Shown piece by piece: positions 9,448 through 18,009 of a DNA stretch of 64,000 nt. This stretch comes from Candidatus Latescibacterota bacterium (GTDB taxonomy: Bacteria > Latescibacterota > UBA2968 > UBA8231): the NCBI GenBank assembly GCA_963422735.1, contig OY730476.1:1600001-1664000 (forward strand), read 5' to 3'. Within the stretch, counting starts at the first letter, position 1, and every line of letters starts with the position of its first letter. The position numbers and the translations under genes are program-made. Below the pieces are notes generated by a model, which saw nothing but the letters and a program-made list of their open reading frames with translations, was not told the origin of the DNA and did not search any database.

Positions 9448-10467
9448 TTAAGAAAGGCGCGACCAGTCGAAGACCACGCCGAGGTATTCCTCTTTATTGG
9501 CGGTAAGTCCCTCGTACATCTGCTGACAGTCTGCCGGGGACGCTAGGTGCGTGAGCAGGGGTTCGACGACGAGCTGGCCGCCGGCGATCCACGCGGCGAT
9601 CTGGCGATAATTCGCGTCGAGATCGCGGCAGCGCTCGGTGGCGTGCTGCGGCCAGCGCCACTCGAGAGCGCCGATCATGCGAATCGCTTCTAGGTGAATG
9701 TGCAGCAGCATGGGCGTCACATCGAAGTGGGCCGGGGCGCGCGGACTGCCGAGGAGGATGAGTTCGCCGTGGCGGGCAATGCACATCGCGGTCTGGGCGA
9801 TGACTTCGCTGATGCCAATGGCCTCGACGCCGATGTGCGCACCGGTGCCGCCGGTCCAGTCGCGCACCACTTTTTCCAGATCGTCGCGGCCGGGATTGAC
9901 CGTGTGCTCAATGCCGCAGGCTTGCGCTTGGCGCAGGCGTAGCTCGGACAAATCTGCGAGCATGACGTCGGCACCGGCTAGGCGGAAGAGCTGGGCGGCG
10001 AAGTTGCCCACTAGGCCGCCGCCGACTATGAGCACGGTGTCTCCAGGCTGAACGCTAGAAGAGCGCAAAGCCGAGATGCTGACGCCGGCCATGCGAGCAA
10101 ACGCGAGGTGCTGGCCGGAGGCCTCGCGCGAGACGGGCAGCACCATGCGCTGTGCATCCGCCTTGACAATGGAAGCGTGGCGGGCAAAGGACAGCACGCG
10201 GTCGCCCGGTTGTATGCCGGTGACTGCGTCGCCGACTATGAGCACTTGACCGAGGTTGCCGTACCCGGTGTGGCGGGGATACTGGCCAGCGTCGCCAAAA
10301 GGCATCTGCTTGACGAGGCCGGTAAAGCCCGCGCCTTCGGTGCCGGCGCTGACGATGGAGTATTCGGTCTCTATCAGTACTTCCGAGGGATGCAGGCGGT
10401 CGTCGAGTTCGGTCTTGGCGACTTCAATCCGCCCCGGCTCTACGACGGTGAGTCCATGGATTAGCAC
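9448..10467 (-). CDS. MDR-superfamily (zinc-binding alcohol dehydrogenase-like) oxidoreductase
   Basis: SAGTE and YPRHTGY motifs, Rossmann GGGLVG; GTG start at 10467 after AAGGAGG RBS. Confidence 0.85.
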   Translation of the reverse strand: MLIHGLTVVEPGRIEVAKTELDDRLHPSEVLIETEYSIVSAGTEGAGFTGLVKQMPFGDAGQYPRHTGYGNLGQVLIVGDAVTGIQPGDRVLSFARHASIVKADAQRMVLPVSREASGQHLAFARMAGVSISALRSSSVQPGDTVLIVGGGLVGNFAAQLFRLAGADVMLADLSELRLRQAQACGIEHTVNPGRDDLEKVVRDWTGGTGAHIGVEAIGISEVIAQTAMCIARHGELILLGSPRAPAHFDVTPMLLHIHLEAIRMIGALEWRWPQHATERCRDLDANYRQIAAWIAGGQLVVEPLLTHLASPADCQQMYEGLTANKEEYLGVVFDWSRLS

Positions 10468-10569
10468 GCCGATCAATCCTCCTTGAACGGGCCGCAGTGG
10501 AAGCAAGTGAGAAGTATAAAGGGCCTTTAGGGGAGCAGCGTCAAGCCGTGCAGCGGCGGTGAAAGCTGC

Positions 10570-10599
10570 TTGACGAAAAATGCCGACCTTTTCTATTTT
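10570..10599 (+). promoter_or_regulatory. Putative sigma70 promoter of the MltF-like gene
   Basis: TTGACG-N18-TATTTT. Confidence 0.35.
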
Positions 10600-10670
10600 T
10601 ATCATTTTTTAGAGACTAAGACACCGCTGAGGCCCGGCCGAGCAGGCTGTTAGAAAGGAGGCGCATCGCG

Positions 10671-12767
10671 TTGTTTTGCACCCGAACGCTTCTTCCCACA
10701 GGACTTATTGCTCTTTCTGTCTTTGTGCAATGTAGCCGGTCGGCGACCCCGGCGACCCCACCGCCGCCCAAATACACCGGCGATCTGCCGGTGTTGCGAT
10801 CTCACGGCAAGTTGCGCGTCATAGTCCCCCCAGAGCCGATTGCTCACATACCCAAGTCCGCAGAACCGGTGACGATTGACTACGACCTCGCCTACGGCTT
10901 GGCCGAGGTGCTCAAGCTGGAGCTCATGCTGGTAAAGGCTGAAGATTATGCCCAGATGGTACAGAAACTACTAGAAGGCGAGGGCGACATCGTCGCTGCT
11001 AGCCTGACGATTACGCCAGCGCGACAGAAGCAAGCGGCGTTTTCCGTGCCGTATCTCTATGTGGATGAATATCTGATTACCGCGGCCGGCGACAGTCTGC
11101 CGATGGCGATTGAGGACTTGGCCGGCATGAAAATCGGCGTCCGGCACTCCAGCTCTCACTATCAGACCCTGTTGGATATTCAGCAACAGGTACCGTCGTT
11201 GCACATAGATGCCGCGCCGGAAAAGCTCGGGCTCGAACATCTCCTCGACGGCATTGTCCGCGGCGAATACCAAGCGACCGTAGCCGACGAGCATTTGTGG
11301 CGGGTGGTGGAAAGCTATTACGACAGCATGGTCACGCCGCTAATAGTGGCCGAAAACCGCCCGATTGCCCTAATGATGCGGCCCGATGATGTGCAGCTCA
11401 AGACCAAGGTCAATGAATATCTGATCGCCCAGCAGTTTACGCGCCAGTCCCAGCAGGCCTTCACCGACGACCTGCCCGGCTTAAAAGAGCGTCAGCGGCT
11501 GCGCATGATCACGCGCAATAATGCGATGACCTATTTCATCCACCGCGGCCGGCAGGTGGGCTTTGAATACGAGCTTATCAAGGGATTCGCCGACCGGCAC
11601 GACCTGCGGCTCGATATTGTCATTCCGGAAAGCCACGCCGACCTGCTGTCGCATTTGAACGAAGGCAAAGGCGACCTCGTAGCCGTGGCAATGACCATTA
11701 CCGAGGAGCGACGGGCACAGGCGGCATTTACCCTGCCCTATAACGAGGTAGAAGAGCTCGTGGTCGTGCGTGCGGAGGAGGATTCGATTGCCAGCGTCCA
11801 AGACTTGGCCGGACGCACGGTCCACGTGCGCCCAAGCTCTTCTTTTTACGCCACCCTGATGGCCCTCGCCGATTCCATAGAGGGTTTGCAGATCGCGCTA
11901 CTACCCGACTCCCTCGAAACCGAAGACATCCTAGCCGGCGTCGAGGAGGGGCGCTACGACATTACTCTGTGCGACTCCAATCTGCTCGACGTGGAACTTG
12001 CCTACGGACGCCAGCTAAAGGCGGCCTTTAGCATCAAGCCGACGTCTTTGGGATGGGCGGTGCGCGAGGACAATCCGGCCTTATTGGCGGCGCTTAACCA
12101 GTATATAAAAAAAGAAAAAGGTGGCTTGTTTTTTAACATGATGAAGAAGCGATACTTCAAAAACAAGCGCACCATCGCCAAGGCGAAGGACTCGCTGCGG
12201 GTCGATTTGAGCGGTCGCCTGTCGCCCTATGATGAGTTAGTAAAAAAATACGCCCAACAGTACGGTCAGGATTGGCGGTTGATTACCGCGCAGATGTACC
12301 AGGAATCCAAATTCGATCCCGAGGCCACCAGTTGGGTCGGCGCTCGCGGGCTGATGCAGATCATGCCGGGCACCGGGCACGAGTTGGGATTTACCGATCT
12401 GCACGACCCTGAAAAGAATATTCACGCGGGGGTGAAGTACATGTACCAACTGCTCAACCGCTTCGATTCAAAAATCCCCATGGATGAGCGGATGCGCTTT
12501 GCGCTGGCCGCCTACAATGTCGGGTACGGGCACGTGCTTGACGCGCGCCGCCTAGCCCGCGAAAAAGGGTGGAATCCCGACAGGTGGTTTGGCCATGTGG
12601 AACAGGCAATGCGGCTGCTGGCCAAGCCGGCCTACTACAAGCGAGCGCGCTACGGCTTCTGTCGCGGCGGACAGCCCGTGCATTACGTGAGCAACATTCA
12701 GAATAGGTACGACGCCTATGTCGGGATGCTGACTTTGGCGCAGCGGGACAGCCAAACGCGCATCTGA
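10671..12767 (+). CDS. mltF: MltF-like lytic transglycosylase with two tandem SBP_bac_3 domains
   Basis: Two substrate-binding repeats (GDIVAASLTIT, GDLVAVAMTIT) followed by SLT motifs YQESKF, GLMQIMP, ALAAYNVG, RYGFCRG. Confidence 0.85.
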   Translation: MFCTRTLLPTGLIALSVFVQCSRSATPATPPPPKYTGDLPVLRSHGKLRVIVPPEPIAHIPKSAEPVTIDYDLAYGLAEVLKLELMLVKAEDYAQMVQKLLEGEGDIVAASLTITPARQKQAAFSVPYLYVDEYLITAAGDSLPMAIEDLAGMKIGVRHSSSHYQTLLDIQQQVPSLHIDAAPEKLGLEHLLDGIVRGEYQATVADEHLWRVVESYYDSMVTPLIVAENRPIALMMRPDDVQLKTKVNEYLIAQQFTRQSQQAFTDDLPGLKERQRLRMITRNNAMTYFIHRGRQVGFEYELIKGFADRHDLRLDIVIPESHADLLSHLNEGKGDLVAVAMTITEERRAQAAFTLPYNEVEELVVVRAEEDSIASVQDLAGRTVHVRPSSSFYATLMALADSIEGLQIALLPDSLETEDILAGVEEGRYDITLCDSNLLDVELAYGRQLKAAFSIKPTSLGWAVREDNPALLAALNQYIKKEKGGLFFNMMKKRYFKNKRTIAKAKDSLRVDLSGRLSPYDELVKKYAQQYGQDWRLITAQMYQESKFDPEATSWVGARGLMQIMPGTGHELGFTDLHDPEKNIHAGVKYMYQLLNRFDSKIPMDERMRFALAAYNVGYGHVLDARRLAREKGWNPDRWFGHVEQAMRLLAKPAYYKRARYGFCRGGQPVHYVSNIQNRYDAYVGMLTLAQRDSQTRI

Positions 12768-13030
12768 GCTGGTGGGCTGCTACTTGGCCTCGCAGATGGC
12801 AAGAAGCCCGTGGCATTCCGATGCTGATAGCGTGCGCCGTCAGGTGGTTTACCGCATGCGCGACCCCGTATCCCGCACTCGTCGTATTTCCCCTCTCTCA
12901 CCAGCTTAGCAATTATCCGCTGCGGCGGCTCTGATTCCATTTTACATAGCTGAGGCCGTCACCTTTTGCGTCGCGGTCGGCCCGGATTGGGCGCGGACAA
13001 AACAGGCCAGCAGTGCGCTATACTTGGTGC

Positions 13031-13316
13031 GGCAACCCCACCAACCTTTACCCGCGTCCTAACACCCTCGCCGGCAGATGCGTAGCCAGCTCCGGCACGA
13101 ACCACAGCCCCACCAACAGCAGCACCTGAATCGCGATAAAGGGCACGACTCCCCGATAGATATGTTGAACTGCCCTTTGGCCAGCGCCAAGAGCATGGCC
13201 CCCACCGCGCCAACCGAAGCCGCCTCAGTCGGCGTAGCCACCCCGAAGAGGATGGAGCCGAGCCACCCCACAGATGAGGACTAGGGGCGGCACGAGCGCT
13301 GCGCCGAGGCGGCGGA
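13031..13316 (-). repeat. Degenerate duplicate of the dctM 3' end (direct repeat bounding the island), with ~400 bp internal deletion
   Basis: 13031-13161 matches 17993-18123 (3 mismatches by eye); 13164-13316 matches 18526-18677 (4 substitutions, 1 indel). Confidence 0.95.
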
Positions 13317-13353
13317 TGAAGTGAACGGAACCCGGTCCGCACCTAGGAAGGAG

Positions 13354-14874
13354 ATGGGGACAGTGAATAAAAACATCTCGAGATATCTATTACCGGCTGT
13401 GCTGATTTCGGCTATGGCAAGTGCCGACACGCCAGCATCGTACGATCTGATGGCAGGAGCGTGTTTGTGGCCCTTAAGATCAGGGACGATATCTCTGTCT
13501 TAGGAGAGGCTGGCTTCTCGCGTACTTGGAACGACGATGCTGTAGAGGTCTACTTCGCCTCGGACCCTCTGACCTCCGGCGACAAATACGAGTCCAATGA
13601 TGGACAAGTGCGCATTTCATCGCATGATGGGCAGACCGCAAGCCTTGAGGGTGCGGTGGCTATTTTCGGCACACCAACACAATTGCCCTTTCTGTGGGAC
13701 GTGTTGGGAGTCCGGGCGGCCTTCTTGCGAGAAGGCGAGGTGACGAGCTACGAGGTTGAGCTGCCATCCCAAGTGTTAGGCAGGCCATGGCTTCCAAGCG
13801 GCGTAACTATAGGTCTGAATGTCAAGGTCACGGATGACGATGACGGGGGGGGGCTAGACCATGTGCTGAGTTGGATGCCAGACGAGAAGAGTAACAGTTG
13901 GATCGCCACAGACGGCTTCGCAGAAGTGCAATTCTCAGGCAATGTCTCCTCGGTGGACGAGGGTGAGGCACAGATGACGGAAGCTAGAGCGACAGAAGTC
14001 GCTATAGCTGAGAAAGCCATCGGAGCCCTCCGGTCCTATCAGGACGGTCGCCTTTCGCAAGCCTATACGGAGTTCTCAGAGATCCGTGCGGAAGGCACTG
14101 TCGCAGAGCAGGCGCTGAGCATCTTTGTTCTAGCTGAGATCGCAGAAGCGCGGGGCCACAGCGACAAGAAGGCCGAGTTGCTTGAAGATCTGATACAGCT
14201 TCGCCTCGGCCCGGGATGGTCTTCGTGGAGGGCGTCGTATGCCCTGTGGGAGCTAGGTTGGGCATACGTTGACATGGGCGAGCCTAGCAGGGCTAGAAGC
14301 ACCTTCACGGAGGGCCGTGACGTCGTGGCTGGTATTCTTGGAAGCGGAGTATTACTTCCACAGAGCACTCTCCTATTGCTTGCCGGTCGAGGGAGGAAGC
14401 ACCAACGATCAAGATCGCTATTCAAGTGAGGTGGTTCCGGTGCTCGAAGCGAAGGCGCGGAGCCGCAGCCCTCGGGCCTTCGCCGCGGCGAAGGTTCTGG
14501 CGCGCCATTATTTAGATAGCGAGCAATATGAGGATGCAGTGAGAGTTGCTGATATAGGGCTCGGAATTGATCCGCTGTATGATGGAACGCGGCTAGTCAG
14601 AGCGCACGCCTACGAACGCAGCGGAGACTACGAGAGCGCAATGGAGGACTTCCGCTTCGTCCACGAACAGGGAATGGATCCCGTCAAACGAGGATCCGCT
14701 ACCCTTGGAATTGCGAGGTGCCTAGCGGCAGCGGGCGACTGGTCTGGCGTTACGACCCTATTCAATAGCAACACGGGTCAATTCACGACCGCAGATCAGC
14801 AGATAAGTGCGGAAAGTCTTCTTCAGCGAGCCACAGCCGGTGGTAGGAGCGGCGGATGGTGGATCACCGAATGA
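13354..14874 (+). pseudogene. Secreted CBM9-like sugar-binding plus TPR protein, split over three frames
   Basis: Signal peptide ORF (RBS AAGGAG, ATG 13354) shifts into DDAVEVYF...IGLNVKVTDDDDGG (CBM9/DOMON-like), then TPR helices continuing in the 14269-14874 frame. Confidence 0.6.
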
Positions 14875-14923
14875 GGCACACACTGGATACTCACTCAGAC
14901 CATGGAATAGGAGGAAAAGGCAA

Positions 14924-15970
14924 ATGTACTGGTTCAGCTTAGATCGAGGGGCTCATTTAGGCTCGTGCAAGGCCACGCGGATCGGTTCTCTGCTCATAGG
15001 AGCTTGCGTGGCATTTTCGTCACCAACGCAGGTGGAGGCAGTCAGTGCTGAGGAGGCCGTTGCATCCGCGATTGGACAGTGGGATAGAGTGCAAAACGGA
15101 CACGGTCACTCTGTGGCTGAGTACCGTTGGGCAACTGGCAATATAGACACTCTGTCCGTGCTTTGGCAGCGAGAGCAGTGGGTTGCATTTGACAAGGAGC
15201 GTCTGCTCTCACAGACGGAGATGACTTTTTGGGGAGATAATGGAGAGCGAAAGACGTTCCATGTTGAAGAGTTCGATGGCGAAACGTGGACTCGTCTTGT
15301 GGGGAGTGACACTAGTAGGGTAGAGAGTGCATCAAGCGGGAACAGGCCGATGCCACACTCATACGAAGGTCATCCCGTTGGTTGGAGCGGCCTTCTCCCG
15401 GGCGATCCCAAGAGCCTTTTGGAAGAGGCTGCGAAACGCGGCGATTTTGAGGCCCAAGGTGTGGTGACGGAGAAAGGGCTACAGCGCCTTCTCCTCAAAG
15501 GCTCCGTTGTGGTTGATGATGTTGTTCGCAACATCGAATTCTGGCTGGCAGAAGAACGTGGGTATCTTCCGGTGAAAATCAGGATGCCCTTGGGCCCTGA
15601 TTACCCAGGGGAGTGCGTGGTACGGCTTGAATATCGGCAGTACGGCAGTGGAGTGTGGACCCTATCAGCAGGCAGGAGTACAATGACTGACAATGAGACG
15701 TATTTGACGGAACATACGGTCGCGTTCCAGCCGGACTTTAGTGTCAACACAGGCGCACATCCTCGCTTGGAAGAGGGGCTTCAGATCCCTCCAGGTACGC
15801 TCATCATTGATGAAAGCACGGGTAATCGTAGCATCAGGCATTCCGGAGGAGGACAGGGCTTCCTTGAAGACACCGGTCCACAGAACTGGGTGGCAATGGA
15901 GCCTCAGCTTCTCGATGACGAGCAGTTGGAGAAGGTGGTTGGTAGAGGGACAAGAGTGAAATGCAGCTAG
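14924..15970 (+). CDS. Secreted LolA-like-fold protein with C-terminal double-glycine-type leader
   Basis: RBS AGGAGG then ATG 14924; signal-like SLLIGACVAFSSPTQVEA; beta-rich motifs FWLAEERGYLPVK, IPPGTLIIDE; ends LLDDEQLEKVVGRGTRVKCS. Confidence 0.6.
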   Translation: MYWFSLDRGAHLGSCKATRIGSLLIGACVAFSSPTQVEAVSAEEAVASAIGQWDRVQNGHGHSVAEYRWATGNIDTLSVLWQREQWVAFDKERLLSQTEMTFWGDNGERKTFHVEEFDGETWTRLVGSDTSRVESASSGNRPMPHSYEGHPVGWSGLLPGDPKSLLEEAAKRGDFEAQGVVTEKGLQRLLLKGSVVVDDVVRNIEFWLAEERGYLPVKIRMPLGPDYPGECVVRLEYRQYGSGVWTLSAGRSTMTDNETYLTEHTVAFQPDFSVNTGAHPRLEEGLQIPPGTLIIDESTGNRSIRHSGGGQGFLEDTGPQNWVAMEPQLLDDEQLEKVVGRGTRVKCS

Positions 15971-16147
15971 ATATGCAACGAGTGCGAAGTCTCGTGGCCG
16001 TGCGATTGGGGTAGCTTTTGGTGCCGTGCGGGATGCGCCTCGGGGTCAAGCAATTGTAATCTGTCAAACAAGACGGACCTGTGTTGGTGGCAATGTCCGG
16101 GACTATATCCGCAGGTTGTTACGGGTTACGCAGGGTGTGGGAGTTGA
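15896..16147 (+). other. Cys/Trp-rich peptide precursor (leader plus 10-Cys core) interrupted by in-frame TAG at 15968-15970
   Basis: Manual translation: MEPQLLDDEQLEKVVGRG/TRVKCS*ICNECEVSWPCDWGSFWCRAGCASGSSNCNLSNKTDLCWWQCPGLYPQVVTGYAGCGS*. Confidence 0.65.
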
Positions 16148-16262
16148 TCCTGCAGGGCAAGAAATAGCTAGGGGGTGAGTTCTTGTTACAACCTGCGGAT
16201 GGCGGTCCACAGGGCTTCACGGTGAGGGACCACGTGTGGTGTTCCACCGATAGACGTAAACA

Positions 16263-16773
16263 GTGAGACCATCGCGAGAGAAACCAGTTGCATTGGGCCG
16301 TGGCATCCTTACTGTGCTTGTTGCAGTGTTGCTATGGGTCCACCTAAGCCACGCGGAAAACGGTGTGTTGTGTGGTCCGAGGTCCCTCCTTGCGTGGTTG
16401 CATTTATCCGGAAAGCGAGCGTCTCTGGACGATGTCTTGACAGCAGTTCGGTACAAACCGGGAGCTGCCGTCAGTATGTTGAGTCTAAAGTCGGCGGCTG
16501 ATTATGGACTTGCCTTAGAGGGCTTGAGGATCAACCTAGAGGACTACGTGAATGAAGGGCTCCGGGGAATCGTGTTCCTCGACGGTGGCCACTTCGCCAC
16601 TGTAGTGGGGCATACAACCGACGCAGTTGCCTTAGTAGACCCCCGACAGCTTGGTGGTTGAAGTGTCTCAGGACACGCTGAGACGGCGTTGGGGAGGGAT
16701 AGTTCTCGTGCCTAAGAGTAGTGCTGAAGTGCTGACTCCTCCTGCAACACCAACCTTGGCCGATGATTTGTGA
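16263..16773 (+). pseudogene. Stand-alone peptidase C39 with signal peptide; 1-bp frameshift in a C5 run at 16640-16644
   Basis: Catalytic LCGPRSL (Cys), VSMLSL, GHFATV (His), VDP (Asp); removing one C gives DPDSLVVEVSQDTLRRRWGGIVLVP, the typical C39 end. Confidence 0.8.
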
Positions 16774-17872
16774 TTCCCTAGCCACCTCAAGGGCGGGCTC
16801 AATTCTCGTCGGAGTGTGGCTGATAATCGGAGTCTCGGTGCTTTCTAGCTGTGACTTTCTCTTATTTTCTGAATTAGAAGATGGCAAGGACGCGGGGTTA
16901 GAGTTCGCAGGCTGGCTACCAGCTTGGGCAGGAGATGCCGGATACCTAAGTGTGCTTGAAAACCGGGAGATGTTAACTACCGTCTCTCCTGTGTGGTACC
17001 AAGTGAACGAGAGCGGAGAGATAAGGTTCGTTGGTCCAGATAATCATCGGCGGATCGTGGACTCACTGCAGGATATGGACATCGGCATCCTTCCTTCGGT
17101 GCCTCTCTTCGATCATGAGCTTTTCACGACGATTGTAACAGACTCAATGCGCTTCGAGCGGCACGTTGCTGGTCTTGTCGATATCGGCCCTGATCCGGCA
17201 AATGACGGGATTGACCTCAACTATGAGTCCATCAAGCTCACAGATGGATCGGCCTACTATGAGATCCTCAAGCGTGTGGCAGCGTCTCTACAGGCCGAGG
17301 GGAAGACCGTCTCGGTGACTGTATTAGCGGAGTGGTCTGACTCCTCAGATGTATATCCGTCGTTCAAGGAGACGCATGAGGTCATTGACTACGCAAAGAT
17401 CGCGGCGGTAGCAGATGAACTACGCATTATGGCCTATGACTTCACTTCTGCGTATATGCAGTCTCCTGGCCCGATCGGGCCGCTCACTTGGCAACATCAG
17501 GTCCTCAATTATGCGATTGCTAAGGGAGTACCAAGAGGGAAGATTGTTCTAGGAGTCCATCTCTACGGGTACGAGTGGCACGTAGTCGTCCGAGGAGAGT
17601 CAAGGGATGAGAAAGAAGAAAGGCCCTCGTTCACGCCAGACTTTAGAGACAACAGCATTACTGACGTCCGAGTGCGTACATACGATTACCGCCTTGTCAA
17701 GAAAGCACTGTCGATCGCCTCAAGGTCAGCCACTTCCGAGCAAACGGCCCATCAGGGAGAGCAGATTCTCCGCTATACCCGGGTGTACGAAGGAGGACGC
17801 CCAACAGAGGTCGGAGCTATCGCTGATGGCTTGGAATCTCGTCACTTCATAGTTGAACGATCCGACAAATGA
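16763..17872 (+). CDS. Glycoside hydrolase family 18 lipoprotein (spore-hydrolase/chitinase-like), C-terminus possibly degenerate
   Basis: Lipobox LSSC, VSPVWY, DGIDLNYE, IMAYDF, KIVLGVHLYGYEW. Confidence 0.8.
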   Translation: MICDSLATSRAGSILVGVWLIIGVSVLSSCDFLLFSELEDGKDAGLEFAGWLPAWAGDAGYLSVLENREMLTTVSPVWYQVNESGEIRFVGPDNHRRIVDSLQDMDIGILPSVPLFDHELFTTIVTDSMRFERHVAGLVDIGPDPANDGIDLNYESIKLTDGSAYYEILKRVAASLQAEGKTVSVTVLAEWSDSSDVYPSFKETHEVIDYAKIAAVADELRIMAYDFTSAYMQSPGPIGPLTWQHQVLNYAIAKGVPRGKIVLGVHLYGYEWHVVVRGESRDEKEERPSFTPDFRDNSITDVRVRTYDYRLVKKALSIASRSATSEQTAHQGEQILRYTRVYEGGRPTEVGAIADGLESRHFIVERSDK

Positions 17873-18009
17873 CGGAGACGTGGTCCAGTCAGTTGCCACG
17901 CCATCAAGGACATGGGCCTCGGAGATTGGCAGTAGGGGGATGGATGTGTTCCAGTCTGCCGGGTAAGCAGGGACAGACGCTATGATCAGGAAGGCAACCC
18001 CACCAACCC

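Larger units (their letters stand above)
13317..17992. mobile_element. Accessory island between duplicated dctM 3' ends; no integrase seen
   Basis: Flanking direct repeat, lower GC, all genes on + strand opposite to the host operon, several frameshifts. Confidence 0.65.

Noticed and set aside
12770-13030. Short ORFs next to the island's left repeat
   Set aside because: No recognisable motif or RBS; cannot be supported as a gene.
15968-15970. Pyrrolysine or genome-wide TAG recoding
   Set aside because: No pyl genes are seen in the window and TAG terminates many normal genes here.
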